A DNA stretch of 33,224 bases from Acidobacteriota bacterium (GCA_019352125.1 JABBNV010000002.1:4823-38046), one strand, 5' to 3'; numbered from the stretch's first letter, positions 17,207 to 27,131 are shown. The notes: generated by a model not told the origin, from the sequence alone. Translations and numbers: made by a program.

Positions 17207-18010
17207 CTAACCGTCAGCAGCTTGGGGGCGCCCGTAAATGCGGTGCGAGAGCTCGCGGGCAACCCTGCTCACCCGTTCGGCCAGCTCCGGCAAGCTTTCC
17301 ACCGGGACCCTGTCCTGCTCGAATGTCACAGCCACGGCAGCCGTCGGCCAGTTCACGTGGTCAGTGACGGCTACCGCAATGGACCCAAAGCCCGGCGTCA
17401 CCTCGCCGTGTTCTTCCGCGTAGCCACGGATCCGCACCTGATCCAAATGCTTGGACAGCACTGAGTACTTTTCAATAGTGGTGCCACTCTGGTTCCTGCT
17501 GCTGAATGCCGCGTCGTTTGGATACAGCGCCCGCACTTGAGCCTTTGGCAATGCGGCCAGAATCGCGCGGCCACTGGCCGTGAGGTGGCTCGGCAAGCGC
17601 ACGCCTACATCCGTCACCAATGACGGTCGGTTCTTGGCTCGCTCCTCCACAATGTAGAGCACGTCGCGACCGTGCAGGATGGCCAGGTGCGCGCTCTCGC
17701 CCACGGTGTCCACCAAGGCCGCCAGCAATGGCCGCCCCAGCCGGGAAAGTGGCTCCTGCCGCGAATAGGCACTGCTGAGTTCAAAGGCACCGATGCCCAA
17801 GCCGTAGCGTTTTTCCTCATGCAGGTGCAGCACAAAGCCGTTATCCGCCATGACCCCCAGCAGGTGATACGCGGTAGAGCGCGGGATACCCAAGCTGGCA
17901 GCGATGGTACTGGCGGCAACGGGGCCACGCTTGCTGGCCAGCAGTTTCAGGATGCGGAGCGTACTTTCAGCAGCCGGGACCTTGGACGCTGGCCTGGCCG
18001 GCCCGCTCAT
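17207..18010 (-). CDS. hutR: IclR family transcriptional regulator, probable HutR
   Basis: HTH 'IAASLGIPRSTAYHLL' and effector domain 'GVRLPSHLTASGRAILA', 'RIRGYA'. Lies next to hutUH. Confidence 0.88.
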   Translation of the reverse strand: MSGPARPASKVPAAESTLRILKLLASKRGPVAASTIAASLGIPRSTAYHLLGVMADNGFVLHLHEEKRYGLGIGAFELSSAYSRQEPLSRLGRPLLAALVDTVGESAHLAILHGRDVLYIVEERAKNRPSLVTDVGVRLPSHLTASGRAILAALPKAQVRALYPNDAAFSSRNQSGTTIEKYSVLSKHLDQVRIRGYAEEHGEVTPGFGSIAVAVTDHVNWPTAAVAVTFEQDRVPVESLPELAERVSRVARELSHRIYGRPQAADG

Positions 18011-18768
18011 TTGGCGGACCAGCCCCCGTCCATGGTGTAACTAGCCCCAGTCACCATCGCGGCATTGTCCGCAGCCAACCAGGCCACCAAAGATGCCACT
18101 TCGGCGGGCTCCACCAAGCGTTTGATAGCTGCCTCTGTGAGCATTACCTTTTCCAACACCTCTGACTCTTCAATTCCGTGAGCCTTGGCCTGGTCAGCAA
18201 TCTGGGCTTCCACCAGCGGTGTCCGGACGTAGCCGGGATTCACGCAATTGGAGGTCACCCCATGCGGGCCGCCTTCCAACGCGGTGACCTTGCTAAGGCC
18301 TTCCAACCCGTGCTTGGCACTGACATAGGCGCTCTTGAAGGGGCTGGCACGCAATCCGTGTACGGAAGAAATATTGATGATGCGGCCAAATTCCTTGGCA
18401 TACATGGAGGGCAGGGCCGCCCTGATCAGCAGGAACGGCGCCTCCAACATCAGCGTGAGAATGCGGCGAAAATCTGCTGGCGCAAAGTCCTCGATGGGGC
18501 TCACAGTTTGGATTCCGGCGTTGTTGACCAGGATGTCCGTTTCCAGAGTCAGGTCCTCCAGCGCGGCGGTATCCAACAAATCCACCGCCCAGGCCCGGCC
18601 ACCCACTTCTTTGGCTAAGGACTCTGCCGCTGCTCCGTTGAGATCCGCCACCGTGACTGTGGCGCCAGCTGCGGCTAGGGCATGAACAACCGCCGCCCCA
18701 ATCCCGGATGCCCCGCCGGTGACCAATGCTGTACGGCCGGCCAGCGGCCCAGCACTCGATGTATTCAT
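18007..18768 (-). CDS. bdhA: 3-hydroxybutyrate dehydrogenase (SDR)
   Basis: 'TGGASGIG', 'NNAGIQ', 'SSVHGLRASPFKSAYVSAKHG', 'NPGYVRTPLVEAQI'. AAGGAG RBS. Confidence 0.9.
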   Translation of the reverse strand: MNTSSAGPLAGRTALVTGGASGIGAAVVHALAAAGATVTVADLNGAAAESLAKEVGGRAWAVDLLDTAALEDLTLETDILVNNAGIQTVSPIEDFAPADFRRILTLMLEAPFLLIRAALPSMYAKEFGRIINISSVHGLRASPFKSAYVSAKHGLEGLSKVTALEGGPHGVTSNCVNPGYVRTPLVEAQIADQAKAHGIEESEVLEKVMLTEAAIKRLVEPAEVASLVAWLAADNAAMVTGASYTMDGGWSAK

Positions 18769-18812
18769 GAAATCTCCTTGCAGTTGGATGTGGTTGGTGC
18801 AATCAAATCTGG

Positions 18813-19631
18813 CTAAGCGGGGTCCGTCAAGACCGGCAAGTGCTGCGAAAAGGCACGAACCTGCGCATCGCCTAGTAACTGCGCTGGCATGGCACCGCTG
18901 AGCAGCTTTCGTGGCAGCGTGGGCGCCGTGCCGAAGGGCTGGTCACTTCCGGCAATAATGATGTTCCCGTAACGACGTCCCTTGAGCATGGGCGGGTCCG
19001 CAATAATCACGGTGTGGGGAAAGCTTGCCGCAATGGTGGCAGCCTCACGCCGCGCTGTACTCAGACTGGGTGCGTCACCGCAATTAACAACGTAGATTCC
19101 ACCAGGTGCAAGTACTCTACGTGCGTGAGCGGTGAATTCCATGGTGGTCAGTGGGACCGGGGTAAAGGAACCGGAGAAGACGTCCCGGATGATCAGGTCT
19201 CTGCTGTCCTCGGTCAGGGACTGCGTTACTTCCCGCGCCTCACCCACCCGAATCTTCAACAGCGGCGCCCGGGGAAGATCGAACCAGTCCCGCACGAGTG
19301 CCGCCAATTTCCCGTCTATCTCCACCACTGTGTTGCGAGAGTTAGGGTATGCGGCCACCAGGTAGCGTGCCATGGAACATGCTGCGCCACCCAGATGGAG
19401 GGCTCGCAGCTTAGTCTCGGCCGCCCAGTGGCTCTCCACCAGAGCCATGATCCAGCGCATGTACTCGAATTCCAATCGCAGCGGATCCGCCAGATCCACA
19501 TGGGAGCTCTGGGCTCCATTGATTTTCAGCAGCCACCCGTTCGGATTGTCGTCGTCGGGAATCAACTCGCAATCCCCCGTGTCCGTGTAGTGGATGCCTG
19601 CCACCGGGCCACCCGTAGGTTTACTGGCCAT
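18813..19631 (-). CDS. Spermidine synthase-like SAM-dependent methyltransferase-fold protein
   Basis: 'QSSHVDLADP..LEFEYMRW', 'LHLGGAAC', 'VVEID', 'DLIIRDVFSG', 'GRRYGN'. ATG 19631 avoids overlap with the upstream gene. Confidence 0.85.
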   Translation of the reverse strand: MASKPTGGPVAGIHYTDTGDCELIPDDDNPNGWLLKINGAQSSHVDLADPLRLEFEYMRWIMALVESHWAAETKLRALHLGGAACSMARYLVAAYPNSRNTVVEIDGKLAALVRDWFDLPRAPLLKIRVGEAREVTQSLTEDSRDLIIRDVFSGSFTPVPLTTMEFTAHARRVLAPGGIYVVNCGDAPSLSTARREAATIAASFPHTVIIADPPMLKGRRYGNIIIAGSDQPFGTAPTLPRKLLSGAMPAQLLGDAQVRAFSQHLPVLTDPA

Positions 19632-19665
19632 TGATGCGCAACGTGAAAGACAACATAGAGCAACT

Positions 19666-19980
19666 CTAGCTTTGCCGCTCCAGTGCAGCCTCCAGGCGGT
19701 CAATCTTGGCGGTCAATTCTCCGGAATATCCGGTGCGGATATCCGCCTTGAGCACCAGCGCTACGCGTGACCCATAGCGCCCGGCTGCCTCGGTGGCTCG
19801 CTTCACGACATCCATCACTTCATCCCATTCTCCTTCTATCTCGGTGAACATGGACGAGGTGTGGTTAGGCAGGCCAGACTCCCGCACAATTTTCACAGCC
19901 GCTGCCACCGCGTCGTGTACGGACCCTGTGGCGTCAACCTCTCCGGACCCGGACGGTGCTACTGAAAATGCAACCAGCAT
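19666..19980 (-). CDS. MTH1187/YkoF family thiamine-binding protein
   Basis: 'MLVAFSVAP...VRESGLPNHTSSMFTEIEGEWDEVMDVVK...KADIR'. GGAGAG RBS. Confidence 0.88.
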   Translation of the reverse strand: MLVAFSVAPSGSGEVDATGSVHDAVAAAVKIVRESGLPNHTSSMFTEIEGEWDEVMDVVKRATEAAGRYGSRVALVLKADIRTGYSGELTAKIDRLEAALERQS

Positions 19981-20067
19981 AATGACTCTCCTCTATGCGC
20001 TCCCGCGATACTTCACGGTGTGGGTTATTCCTTGCTCCAGTGTGTCACTGCTCGGTAGTGTGGGCAG

Positions 20068-20700
20068 GTGTCAACTTCACAATCTAGACCTTTGCGCGCC
20101 GACGCCGTCCGCAATCTGGAAAAGATTCTTGCCTCGGCCAGGGAATGCTTTCAACTCCGGGGCCCTACCGTGTCATTACAGACCATTGCGGACCACGCTC
20201 AACTGGGAGCGGCAACCCTCTTTCGGAATTTTACTGACAAGGATCACCTGATCCTCACCGCCATGGATCAGCAGCTCCGCCTCCGCGTGGATCCAGTAGC
20301 CGAGGCGGCGTTGGCCTCTGATGATCCGTGCAAAGGCTTCTTCGACATTCTGCGCACCATCATGGACGTCGCCGTCACGGAGCTGAACATGCTTCATGCG
20401 CTGTCCGGCACCCGGGATGTACTGGCGGATATTAATTTGACCGTCTTGGCCGCCTTATCCACCTTGCTGGGCCGAGCACAAGCAGCAGGAACGATGCGTG
20501 CGGACCTGGCACCGGGCGATATTGCCCCGCTGATTGCCATGCTGATTGCCGCGGTTGAACTCGGGACCGCAGAAGCGCCTATCTGGCCGCGTTACATGTC
20601 CCTCCTGGCCGACGCCGTCACGCTACAAACGAGCCACGGCCAGCTCCCGGATGCCCCACCCATCGACGAATTTGATCCTGCACGGCGCCTGTCCCGATGA
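20068..20700 (+). CDS. TetR/AcrR family transcriptional regulator
   Basis: 'RPLRADAVRN..KIL', HTH 'IADHAQLGAATLFRNF'. GTG lies 6 nt after TAGTGT, so it is probably leaderless. Confidence 0.9.
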   Translation: MSTSQSRPLRADAVRNLEKILASARECFQLRGPTVSLQTIADHAQLGAATLFRNFTDKDHLILTAMDQQLRLRVDPVAEAALASDDPCKGFFDILRTIMDVAVTELNMLHALSGTRDVLADINLTVLAALSTLLGRAQAAGTMRADLAPGDIAPLIAMLIAAVELGTAEAPIWPRYMSLLADAVTLQTSHGQLPDAPPIDEFDPARRLSR

Positions 20701-20720
20701 GGTACCTTTGCTAAAAAGAA

Positions 20721-21026
20721 CTAGGGCATTCCCGCAAGCCGCAGCAATGCCGCGGCTGCAGCGCCCACCACTACAACCACCAGAAACGGTGCCTTGAACC
20801 ACAGGGCAACACCCGCCGCGAGTAGGGCTCCGATTCTGGCATCGAGCGTCACGGCCGTTCCGCTGGCCACCGTGTTAATCATGGTCAATGAGGCCAACAA
20901 GCCGATGGTCAATGTACCGGCCACACGCTCCATCCGGGGGTGCTTCATCCACGAAGCTGGCACCAGGTAGCCGAGCAGCTTGGTTGCAAACACAGCTGCT
21001 GACGCAGCCAGGATCCACCACCACAC
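20721..21026 (-). CDS. azlD: AzlD family branched-chain amino acid exporter small subunit
   Basis: 101 aa hydrophobic protein with 'KLLGYLVP' and 'KAPFLVVVV'. Overlaps the azlC stop by 1 nt. Confidence 0.85.
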   Translation of the reverse strand: MWWWILAASAAVFATKLLGYLVPASWMKHPRMERVAGTLTIGLLASLTMINTVASGTAVTLDARIGALLAAGVALWFKAPFLVVVVVGAAAAALLRLAGMP

Positions 21027-21745
21027 TAGGCCTGACCTCCCGCGGGATAGGGATCCAGATCAGGTTCCAAACCGTCCGTTTCGTGTCCATTCCGGAACCA
21101 ACCGATGGCTCCAGCCACCACAGCAGCCACCAAAATAGGAACCCCTGGTGGCACAAATGGCACCACCAGTACCGTCACCACGGCACAAAGAACGGCTATG
21201 GCAGCGGGTTGTCTGGCCTTGACACGTGGCCACAGTAGTCCAAGAAAAGCCGCAACTGCAGCCCCGTCCAGGCCCCACTGTTTGGGGTCCCCCAGTGCAT
21301 TCCCGGCCAACGCACCCACCGCAGTAAAGATGTTCCAGAGTATGAAGATGCCAACTCCCGCAACCCAAAACCCCCTGCGTCGCTCAGCTGGATCCGTTTG
21401 CCCCGTACTGGTGGCAGTACTCTCATCAATAGTCACCTGCGCCATCAAGACCTTCTTGCCAGCCCGCGGCTGTAATAGCGCGTTGAGTTGCATCGCGTAC
21501 ACGCCGTTGCGGATACCCAGCAGGGCTGCGGCACTCAGTGCTGCGACCCCACTGCCGCCGCCCGCCAACACGCCCACGAAGGCATATTGGGAGCCACCAG
21601 AAAACATCAGCAGGCTTAGCGCCATGGTTTGCCAAAAGCTCAACCCTGCGGCCACCGAAAGCGCCCCAAAAGAGATCCCATACAACCCTGTGGCAAGGCT
21701 GATGGATAGCCCCACCTTGACGGCCGGGGATTGCCAGAACGTCAT
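21026..21745 (-). CDS. azlC: AzlC family branched-chain amino acid exporter permease
   Basis: 'YGISFGAL', 'SLLMFSGGSQYA', 'TIDES', 'GLDGAAVAAFLGLL'. ATG 21745 gives an ATGA overlap with the upstream gene. Confidence 0.9.
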   Translation of the reverse strand: MTFWQSPAVKVGLSISLATGLYGISFGALSVAAGLSFWQTMALSLLMFSGGSQYAFVGVLAGGGSGVAALSAAALLGIRNGVYAMQLNALLQPRAGKKVLMAQVTIDESTATSTGQTDPAERRRGFWVAGVGIFILWNIFTAVGALAGNALGDPKQWGLDGAAVAAFLGLLWPRVKARQPAAIAVLCAVVTVLVVPFVPPGVPILVAAVVAGAIGWFRNGHETDGLEPDLDPYPAGGQA

Positions 21746-22140
21746 GGCTTTCGTAGGCTCCATGCCCACATCACCAAGGGAACTTGCAGGGGTAGCCGGA
21801 TTGAGTGGATGACCTTGCTGCGCTTGTCCCCGCGTGGCCCCACGGCTCGCTGCAACGCCGAAATATGCCCGGCCGTAAAGCCTACATACATGGCTGCTGT
21901 GGCGGTGGCAGCAACCTTACGCGTGCCAGGAACAAGCAGTCCAAAGACCGCCGCCCCCTCGAGGACTGCACTTACCGCTACCCACTCACGCCGCGTCATC
22001 ACGCCGCAGACGCCCTGGGTATCAGTGCACAGGCTCCGCGGGACCACCGGAAAATAAAACTCCGGGTTGGTGACGTGATTGAGCGTGCTGGCGCCCAACA
22101 ATCCAGCCATGGCTAGGAGACTAAGGGTTTTCGCTTTCAT
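21742..22140 (-). CDS. DoxX-like small membrane protein
   Basis: 'H...PEFYFPVVP', 'SAVLE', 'RLPLQVPLVMWAW' pattern. ATGA-coupled at both ends. Confidence 0.7.
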   Translation of the reverse strand: MKAKTLSLLAMAGLLGASTLNHVTNPEFYFPVVPRSLCTDTQGVCGVMTRREWVAVSAVLEGAAVFGLLVPGTRKVAATATAAMYVGFTAGHISALQRAVGPRGDKRSKVIHSIRLPLQVPLVMWAWSLRKP

Positions 22141-23945
22141 GCGTGTCGTTCTCTGCTCAGTAGTTCAGTCCCCGCAAGAGCATCAGCAGCGCGGACAAGG
22201 GCAAGATGAGAAAAGGCTTGGGGAAAATTGCCCACCATGCGCTTATCCCGGACGTTGTACTCTTCGCTCAGCAGACCCACGTCATTGCTGAGCCCCACCA
22301 GCATATCCATGAGTGCCGTAGCCTCCTGGTGACGATGGGTATGCGCGTATTGTTCAACCAGCCAAAACGAGCATGCCAAAAACGGGTGTTCACCCGGCTC
22401 CAAACCGTCCACGCCAGTCTCCGTGCGGTAGCGCAGGAGCAGGCCCTCTTCCCCAAGTAATTCACGCTCAATGGCCGCCACCGTGCCCAACATGTGCGGA
22501 TCGTCATAGGCTAAGAAGCCCACCTGTGGAATCACCAGCAGCGAGGCATCCGTAGCGGCGCCGTCGTACGTTTGGGTGAACGTGTTCAACTCAGTATTGA
22601 AACCATGCGCCATGATTTCCTGACGCAATGCATCACGATGGCGTTCCCAGCATTCCACGGGACCGTCCAGACCGTGTTCGCGCACGCCGCGCACGGCGGA
22701 GTCAAAGGCGGCCCACATCAGCACTCGCGAATGCGTGAAGTACTGCAAGGCACCCCGCATCTCCCAGAGGCCGTTATCCTTTTCGTCGATGCGCTTTTCA
22801 ACAAAGCTCATCAGCGAGCGCTGCAGCGGCCAGGAGAAGTGATCTTCCGTGCCCCCTGCCTCGCGGAGTTTTTGGAGCGAGACCATGACTTCACCCACCA
22901 CATCAGCCTGGTATTGCCCCACGGCACCGTTGCCCACCCGAACTGGGCGGGAATTCTCATAACCCGTGAGATGTGGTAGCTCCTCCTCCACCAGAGTGCG
23001 TTCTCCGGCAAGGCCGTACATGATTTGCAGGTCATCCGGGTCCCCGGCTACGGCGCGCAGCAGCCAATTTCGCCACTTCAGCGCTTCGTCCTCAAAACCG
23101 TGGGTCAGCATTGACTCCAGCGTCAGCGCCGCATCTCGCAACCAACAGTAGCGGTAGTCCCAATTTCGGCTACCGCCCAAGTCCTCCGGGAGGGACGTGG
23201 TGGGCGCGGCCACTATGCCGCCCGTGTCCTCATGGGTGAGCGCGCGCAGCACCAGCAGAGAACGCACCACGGCCGCCGAGTGCTTGCCTGCATCCGTACA
23301 ACCGTCTGCCCAGCGTTGCCAGTAGTCGATTGTTTCGGTCAGCGCATGATCAATATTGATACCTGCCGGGATGGACCGATGGGAGGGGTACCACGTCAGC
23401 TCTAGATCAACCGTGTCCCCTGCGGTAACAATGAATTCCCCGGCATGGGCATGATCTTTGGCCGTAGGCAGTTTCCCGCCCCGCAATGCCAAGGCATTCG
23501 GGCCGGCGACGGCTAGCAACACCGGGTGCCCGTCGTCGTCCTTCATCCTGCTGACCCAAGGAACTACCCTGCCGTAATCGAAGCGCATCTTGAGCTCTTG
23601 GCGCATTTTTACCGCACCACGCAGGCCCTCAATCCGCCGCACCAAGGAGGCTCGGCGATCCCCCACCGGCATGAAATCGGTAACCAGCACCTCACCGTCC
23701 GCATCCGCCCACTCGGTTTCCAACACAAAGGTGTTGGACACGTAACTGCGCCGAACCACTGTTGCCTCGGTGGAGGCGGGTGCCACCAGCCAGCGACCGT
23801 CATCGTCCGTGCCCAGCAGCGCAGCAAATACTGACGGCGAGTCAAAGCGGGGGAAGCTCAGCCAGTCCACGCTGCCAGTTTTAGAGACCAGCGGGCCGGA
23901 GTGCATGTCCGAAAGTAGTGCGTAATCGTCGATCCGTGAGGCCAT
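22137..23945 (-). CDS. Glycoside hydrolase family 15 (trehalase/glucoamylase-like)
   Basis: 'IDDYALLSD', 'PRFDSPS', 'AAPTTSLPE..GG.RNWDYRYCWLRD', 'GLWEMRG', 'GLLSEE', 'GNFPQAFSH'. Confidence 0.95.
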   Translation of the reverse strand: MASRIDDYALLSDMHSGPLVSKTGSVDWLSFPRFDSPSVFAALLGTDDDGRWLVAPASTEATVVRRSYVSNTFVLETEWADADGEVLVTDFMPVGDRRASLVRRIEGLRGAVKMRQELKMRFDYGRVVPWVSRMKDDDGHPVLLAVAGPNALALRGGKLPTAKDHAHAGEFIVTAGDTVDLELTWYPSHRSIPAGINIDHALTETIDYWQRWADGCTDAGKHSAAVVRSLLVLRALTHEDTGGIVAAPTTSLPEDLGGSRNWDYRYCWLRDAALTLESMLTHGFEDEALKWRNWLLRAVAGDPDDLQIMYGLAGERTLVEEELPHLTGYENSRPVRVGNGAVGQYQADVVGEVMVSLQKLREAGGTEDHFSWPLQRSLMSFVEKRIDEKDNGLWEMRGALQYFTHSRVLMWAAFDSAVRGVREHGLDGPVECWERHRDALRQEIMAHGFNTELNTFTQTYDGAATDASLLVIPQVGFLAYDDPHMLGTVAAIERELLGEEGLLLRYRTETGVDGLEPGEHPFLACSFWLVEQYAHTHRHQEATALMDMLVGLSNDVGLLSEEYNVRDKRMVGNFPQAFSHLALVRAADALAGTELLSRERHA

Positions 23946-23949
23946 TCCT

Positions 23950-24804
23950 CTACCTAATCACACCTCGTACTGCGGCAGGATCATTAGCAGTGATCTCGTG
24001 GATACCCAGTGAGACGCAGAGATCCACATCCTCCGGAGCATCAACAGTCCAGACGCGGAACCTTCGCCCTGCGGTAAGCCACGTCTGAATCCTCTCCGGA
24101 TGGCGCCGAACATAGTCAATTCCCGGCCCCGCCAGACCAACCGTTCCGTCGTCAAGATTTCGTTCTGCCCGCTCTAAAGACTTCTTCACTAGAAGGGCAA
24201 GCGCCGCATTGGCAACCGGCCCCAAGTCCAGGGACGCGGCAATATCCTCCGCGTCCACGTCGTCAACCAACTGGCACAGCTGATCCCCCGAAACGTAATT
24301 GGCCATCGTTTCCAAGGAATCGGGGGAAAAACTCATGAAGGAAATCACCACATTGCCAAGTTTTGACCCCTCGGCTACCCAACCTCTGCTGATCAGCACC
24401 GCCAACGTGGCTTGTTCAAGCGCAGCGTCAAAAGAGACCGAATGCTTGAATTCAATAGCCAGTCCAATGTCACGGCCCGCTGCCAAGAGAATGTCCAGCA
24501 GTTCACTCAGTGTCAGGAGTTGCCGGCTGACCCCACCAAATTCATCCGGTATCTGCGCGCCCTTCCACGAGCAGAAATCCAACTCCCGCAACTCATTCAA
24601 GGTGTGTTCGGTGACATCCCCGAAACCGTTAGAAGTCCTCTCCAGCGTGTCATCGTGGATCAAGACCACCTGGCCGTCCTGCGTGAGGTGAACGTCGCAC
24701 TCAACGCCATCGGCGCCGTCGGCCAATGCCTGCATATAGGCGGCCCGAGTGTGTTCAGCAAAATGGGTGCTGGCGCCGCGGTGGGCGTAGATCAATGGCT
24801 TCAT
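23950..24804 (-). CDS. Glycerophosphodiester phosphodiesterase
   Basis: 'YAHRGAS..FAEHT', 'ECDVHLTQDG..VLIHD..LERT', 'IEFK', 'VWTVD'. Confidence 0.92.
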   Translation of the reverse strand: MKPLIYAHRGASTHFAEHTRAAYMQALADGADGVECDVHLTQDGQVVLIHDDTLERTSNGFGDVTEHTLNELRELDFCSWKGAQIPDEFGGVSRQLLTLSELLDILLAAGRDIGLAIEFKHSVSFDAALEQATLAVLISRGWVAEGSKLGNVVISFMSFSPDSLETMANYVSGDQLCQLVDDVDAEDIAASLDLGPVANAALALLVKKSLERAERNLDDGTVGLAGPGIDYVRRHPERIQTWLTAGRRFRVWTVDAPEDVDLCVSLGIHEITANDPAAVRGVIR

Positions 24805-24810
24805 GGCATT

Positions 24811-24873
24811 ACGTTATGTCATCACACTGTGTACAAACCCGAGCACCAGATGAAGTCCACCTTAACTTAGGCT
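24811..24873. promoter_or_regulatory. Back-to-back leaderless-type promoters for the GDPD operon and DUF445 gene
   Basis: Minus strand TAACGT(24816-24811)-6 nt-ATG and plus strand TAGGCT(24868-24873)-6 nt-ATG. Neither gene has a Shine-Dalgarno. Confidence 0.65.
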
Positions 24874-24879
24874 TACTGT

Positions 24880-26145
24880 ATGACGGCTGCACAAATCTCG
24901 GTGGATCCTGACGCCGCAAAACTGACGGCGCTCAAGCGGATGAAGCGTATTGCCCTGGCGCTGTTGATAGTCATGGCCATCATCTTCGTCTTTTCCTTTG
25001 CTTTGCAGCGGCAATACCCGTGGCTCGAGTATCTGCGCTCTGCTGCCGAAGGTGGCATGGTTGGTGCGCTGGCCGACTGGTTTGCCGTAACGGCTCTGTT
25101 TAGATACCCTCTGGGCCTCAAGATTCCGCACACGGCCATCATCCCGAACCGGAAAAATGAAATCGGTGCCAGCCTCGGCGAGTTCGTGGAGGCGAACTTC
25201 CTCTCTGAAGAAGTAGTCACCGCCAAACTGGCGAGCGTGGGCATTGCCGCGAAAATTGGCGCGTGGCTGACCAAGCCGGAAAGCGCCCAACGGGTGGCCA
25301 CGGAGGGCTCAGCAGCCATACGCGGCGTTGTTGCAGTCCTCAATGACGATGACGTGCGGGACGTGATCGAATCCATGGTGCGCAAACACCTGCTGGATCC
25401 CCCGTGGGGCCCCCCGGTGGGCCGAATGGCTGCGCAGATTTTCGCGGATGGGCACCATACACAGTTGGTGGATTTGTTGGTGGACCGGGCCGAGGGCTGG
25501 GTTGCCGCCAATCGGGATGTGATTGCAGGTCTAGTTTCGGACAGGTCACCGCACTGGGTGCCGAACTTCGTAGACGGCCTAGTGGGAGACAGGGTCTACC
25601 TGGAGTTGGCGAATTTTGTCCGCGCCGTGCAGCTGGATCCGCATCATCAAGTCCGCCAGCAGATTGATCACTACCTGCTGTCACTGGCCCAGGATCTGCA
25701 ATCGGATCCGCTGATGATTGCCAAGGCCGAATCCATCAAGGAGCAATTGCTGGACGACCCACGGGTACGTGAGTTGGCGGGCCGGACCTGGGACACCGTC
25801 AAGACAGCGCTGATGACCGCTGTCGACGATCCAAACAGCCAATTACGCATGAAATTTACGACGGCGGTTCAAGAGTTGGGAGCCCGGCTGGTGGCGGACG
25901 CTGAGCTATCCGGCAAGGTCAATGCATGGATTGGCGATGCTGCGGCGTACCTGGTGCGCACCTACAGACACCAGATAGCCAGCGTCATCACCGAAACCGT
26001 GGAACGTTGGGACGCCGAAGAGACCAGTGCCAAGATTGAGCTACAGGTGGGCAAGGACCTGCAATTCATCCGCATCAACGGCACGGTAGTGGGCTCATTG
26101 GCCGGGCTGGCCATTTTTACCGTGGCCAACCTGATCTTCCCATAA
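24880..26145 (+). CDS. DUF445 family membrane-anchored protein
   Basis: 'AAEGGMVGALADWFAVTALFRYP...PHTAIIP' and C-terminal 'VGKDLQFIRINGTVVG'. Confidence 0.92.
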   Translation: MTAAQISVDPDAAKLTALKRMKRIALALLIVMAIIFVFSFALQRQYPWLEYLRSAAEGGMVGALADWFAVTALFRYPLGLKIPHTAIIPNRKNEIGASLGEFVEANFLSEEVVTAKLASVGIAAKIGAWLTKPESAQRVATEGSAAIRGVVAVLNDDDVRDVIESMVRKHLLDPPWGPPVGRMAAQIFADGHHTQLVDLLVDRAEGWVAANRDVIAGLVSDRSPHWVPNFVDGLVGDRVYLELANFVRAVQLDPHHQVRQQIDHYLLSLAQDLQSDPLMIAKAESIKEQLLDDPRVRELAGRTWDTVKTALMTAVDDPNSQLRMKFTTAVQELGARLVADAELSGKVNAWIGDAAAYLVRTYRHQIASVITETVERWDAEETSAKIELQVGKDLQFIRINGTVVGSLAGLAIFTVANLIFP

Positions 26146-26155
26146 CTCCTTTTGG

Positions 26156-27019
26156 CTATTTTTGGCGGACTCGGGACGCCGCGATCTTGTCGATCTGATC
26201 CTTGCTCAACTGCACCAGTCCCGGGAACTTCTTGCCACCAGTCTTGTCCAACTCTGCCTTGAGCTCCTCCGGCCATACCTCTGGTGCTGGCCCAAACGCT
26301 AGCTTGGTCTGGTGCACCACGGCCCGGCCCATCAGTAGGTTCCCAACGCCACCTACCACTGCCCCGATGCCGAACGGGATGGCCCGGCCCACAATGGCGC
26401 CAGTCTCCCGCATCATGAATCGCCTCAGGAATGCCTTTTGGAGGCGTCCGCTCAGACCCTTCAACACCGTTCTGGGCATGCTGGTTCCAACAGCCTTGCC
26501 CCAATTAGTCAGCGGGGAGGTTCCTCTACCCGCAGCGTGGCCGGCGAATCCCTCCACCATGGAGGCGCCTTCTTCGCCAAGCATCACTGCCATCACTAGT
26601 GCGGAGGAACGCTCCGGATCGGCTAACCGCACGCCGTGAAGCTCAGCAATGGACTGTGCGTAGAGAGCGGTAGTTTCCAGGAAGACCACCGTGGCCGCTG
26701 CGGAAATACCCAGCGACGCAACGGTCCCCAACCCGGGAACAATCGCGGTGGCGCCAATGGCAGCACCTCCACCGGAGACGGCACGGAGAAAGTCTTTTTC
26801 AATCCGTGCACTGAGTTCGCCGGGAGTGGCGTGCGGGTATCTGCGGCGCATTCGGCGAAGGTTGGCCAGCACCACAGGGCGCTGCACCTCAACAGCCCTC
26901 AGCATTGCATTGCCCAGCGCAGGCTTTGGCTTTCCATCTGCATCAAACGCCACGTTTGCAGCAATCTTGATGGCAGGGTTGATCCTTCCGGACTTTCTCT
27001 TACTCAGTTCCTTTGCCAT
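26156..27019 (-). CDS. Conserved hypothetical protein (possibly EcsC-like)
   Basis: Gly/Ala-rich 'GAAIGATAIVPGLGT', 'AELHG', 'GRAIPFGIGAVVGGVGN'. Start 27019 or 27025. Confidence 0.7.
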   Translation of the reverse strand: MAKELSKRKSGRINPAIKIAANVAFDADGKPKPALGNAMLRAVEVQRPVVLANLRRMRRRYPHATPGELSARIEKDFLRAVSGGGAAIGATAIVPGLGTVASLGISAAATVVFLETTALYAQSIAELHGVRLADPERSSALVMAVMLGEEGASMVEGFAGHAAGRGTSPLTNWGKAVGTSMPRTVLKGLSGRLQKAFLRRFMMRETGAIVGRAIPFGIGAVVGGVGNLLMGRAVVHQTKLAFGPAPEVWPEELKAELDKTGGKKFPGLVQLSKDQIDKIAASRVRQK

Positions 27020-27131
27020 GACCACCTCAACATTTGGGTACGGCCTCAGCCTAGGCCAAAGGCATCTGCCACACCCAACTTTTCCACCAGCTCACAGCCT
27101 GCTCGCCGCCTCTTTGCCGCTCGGATATATC

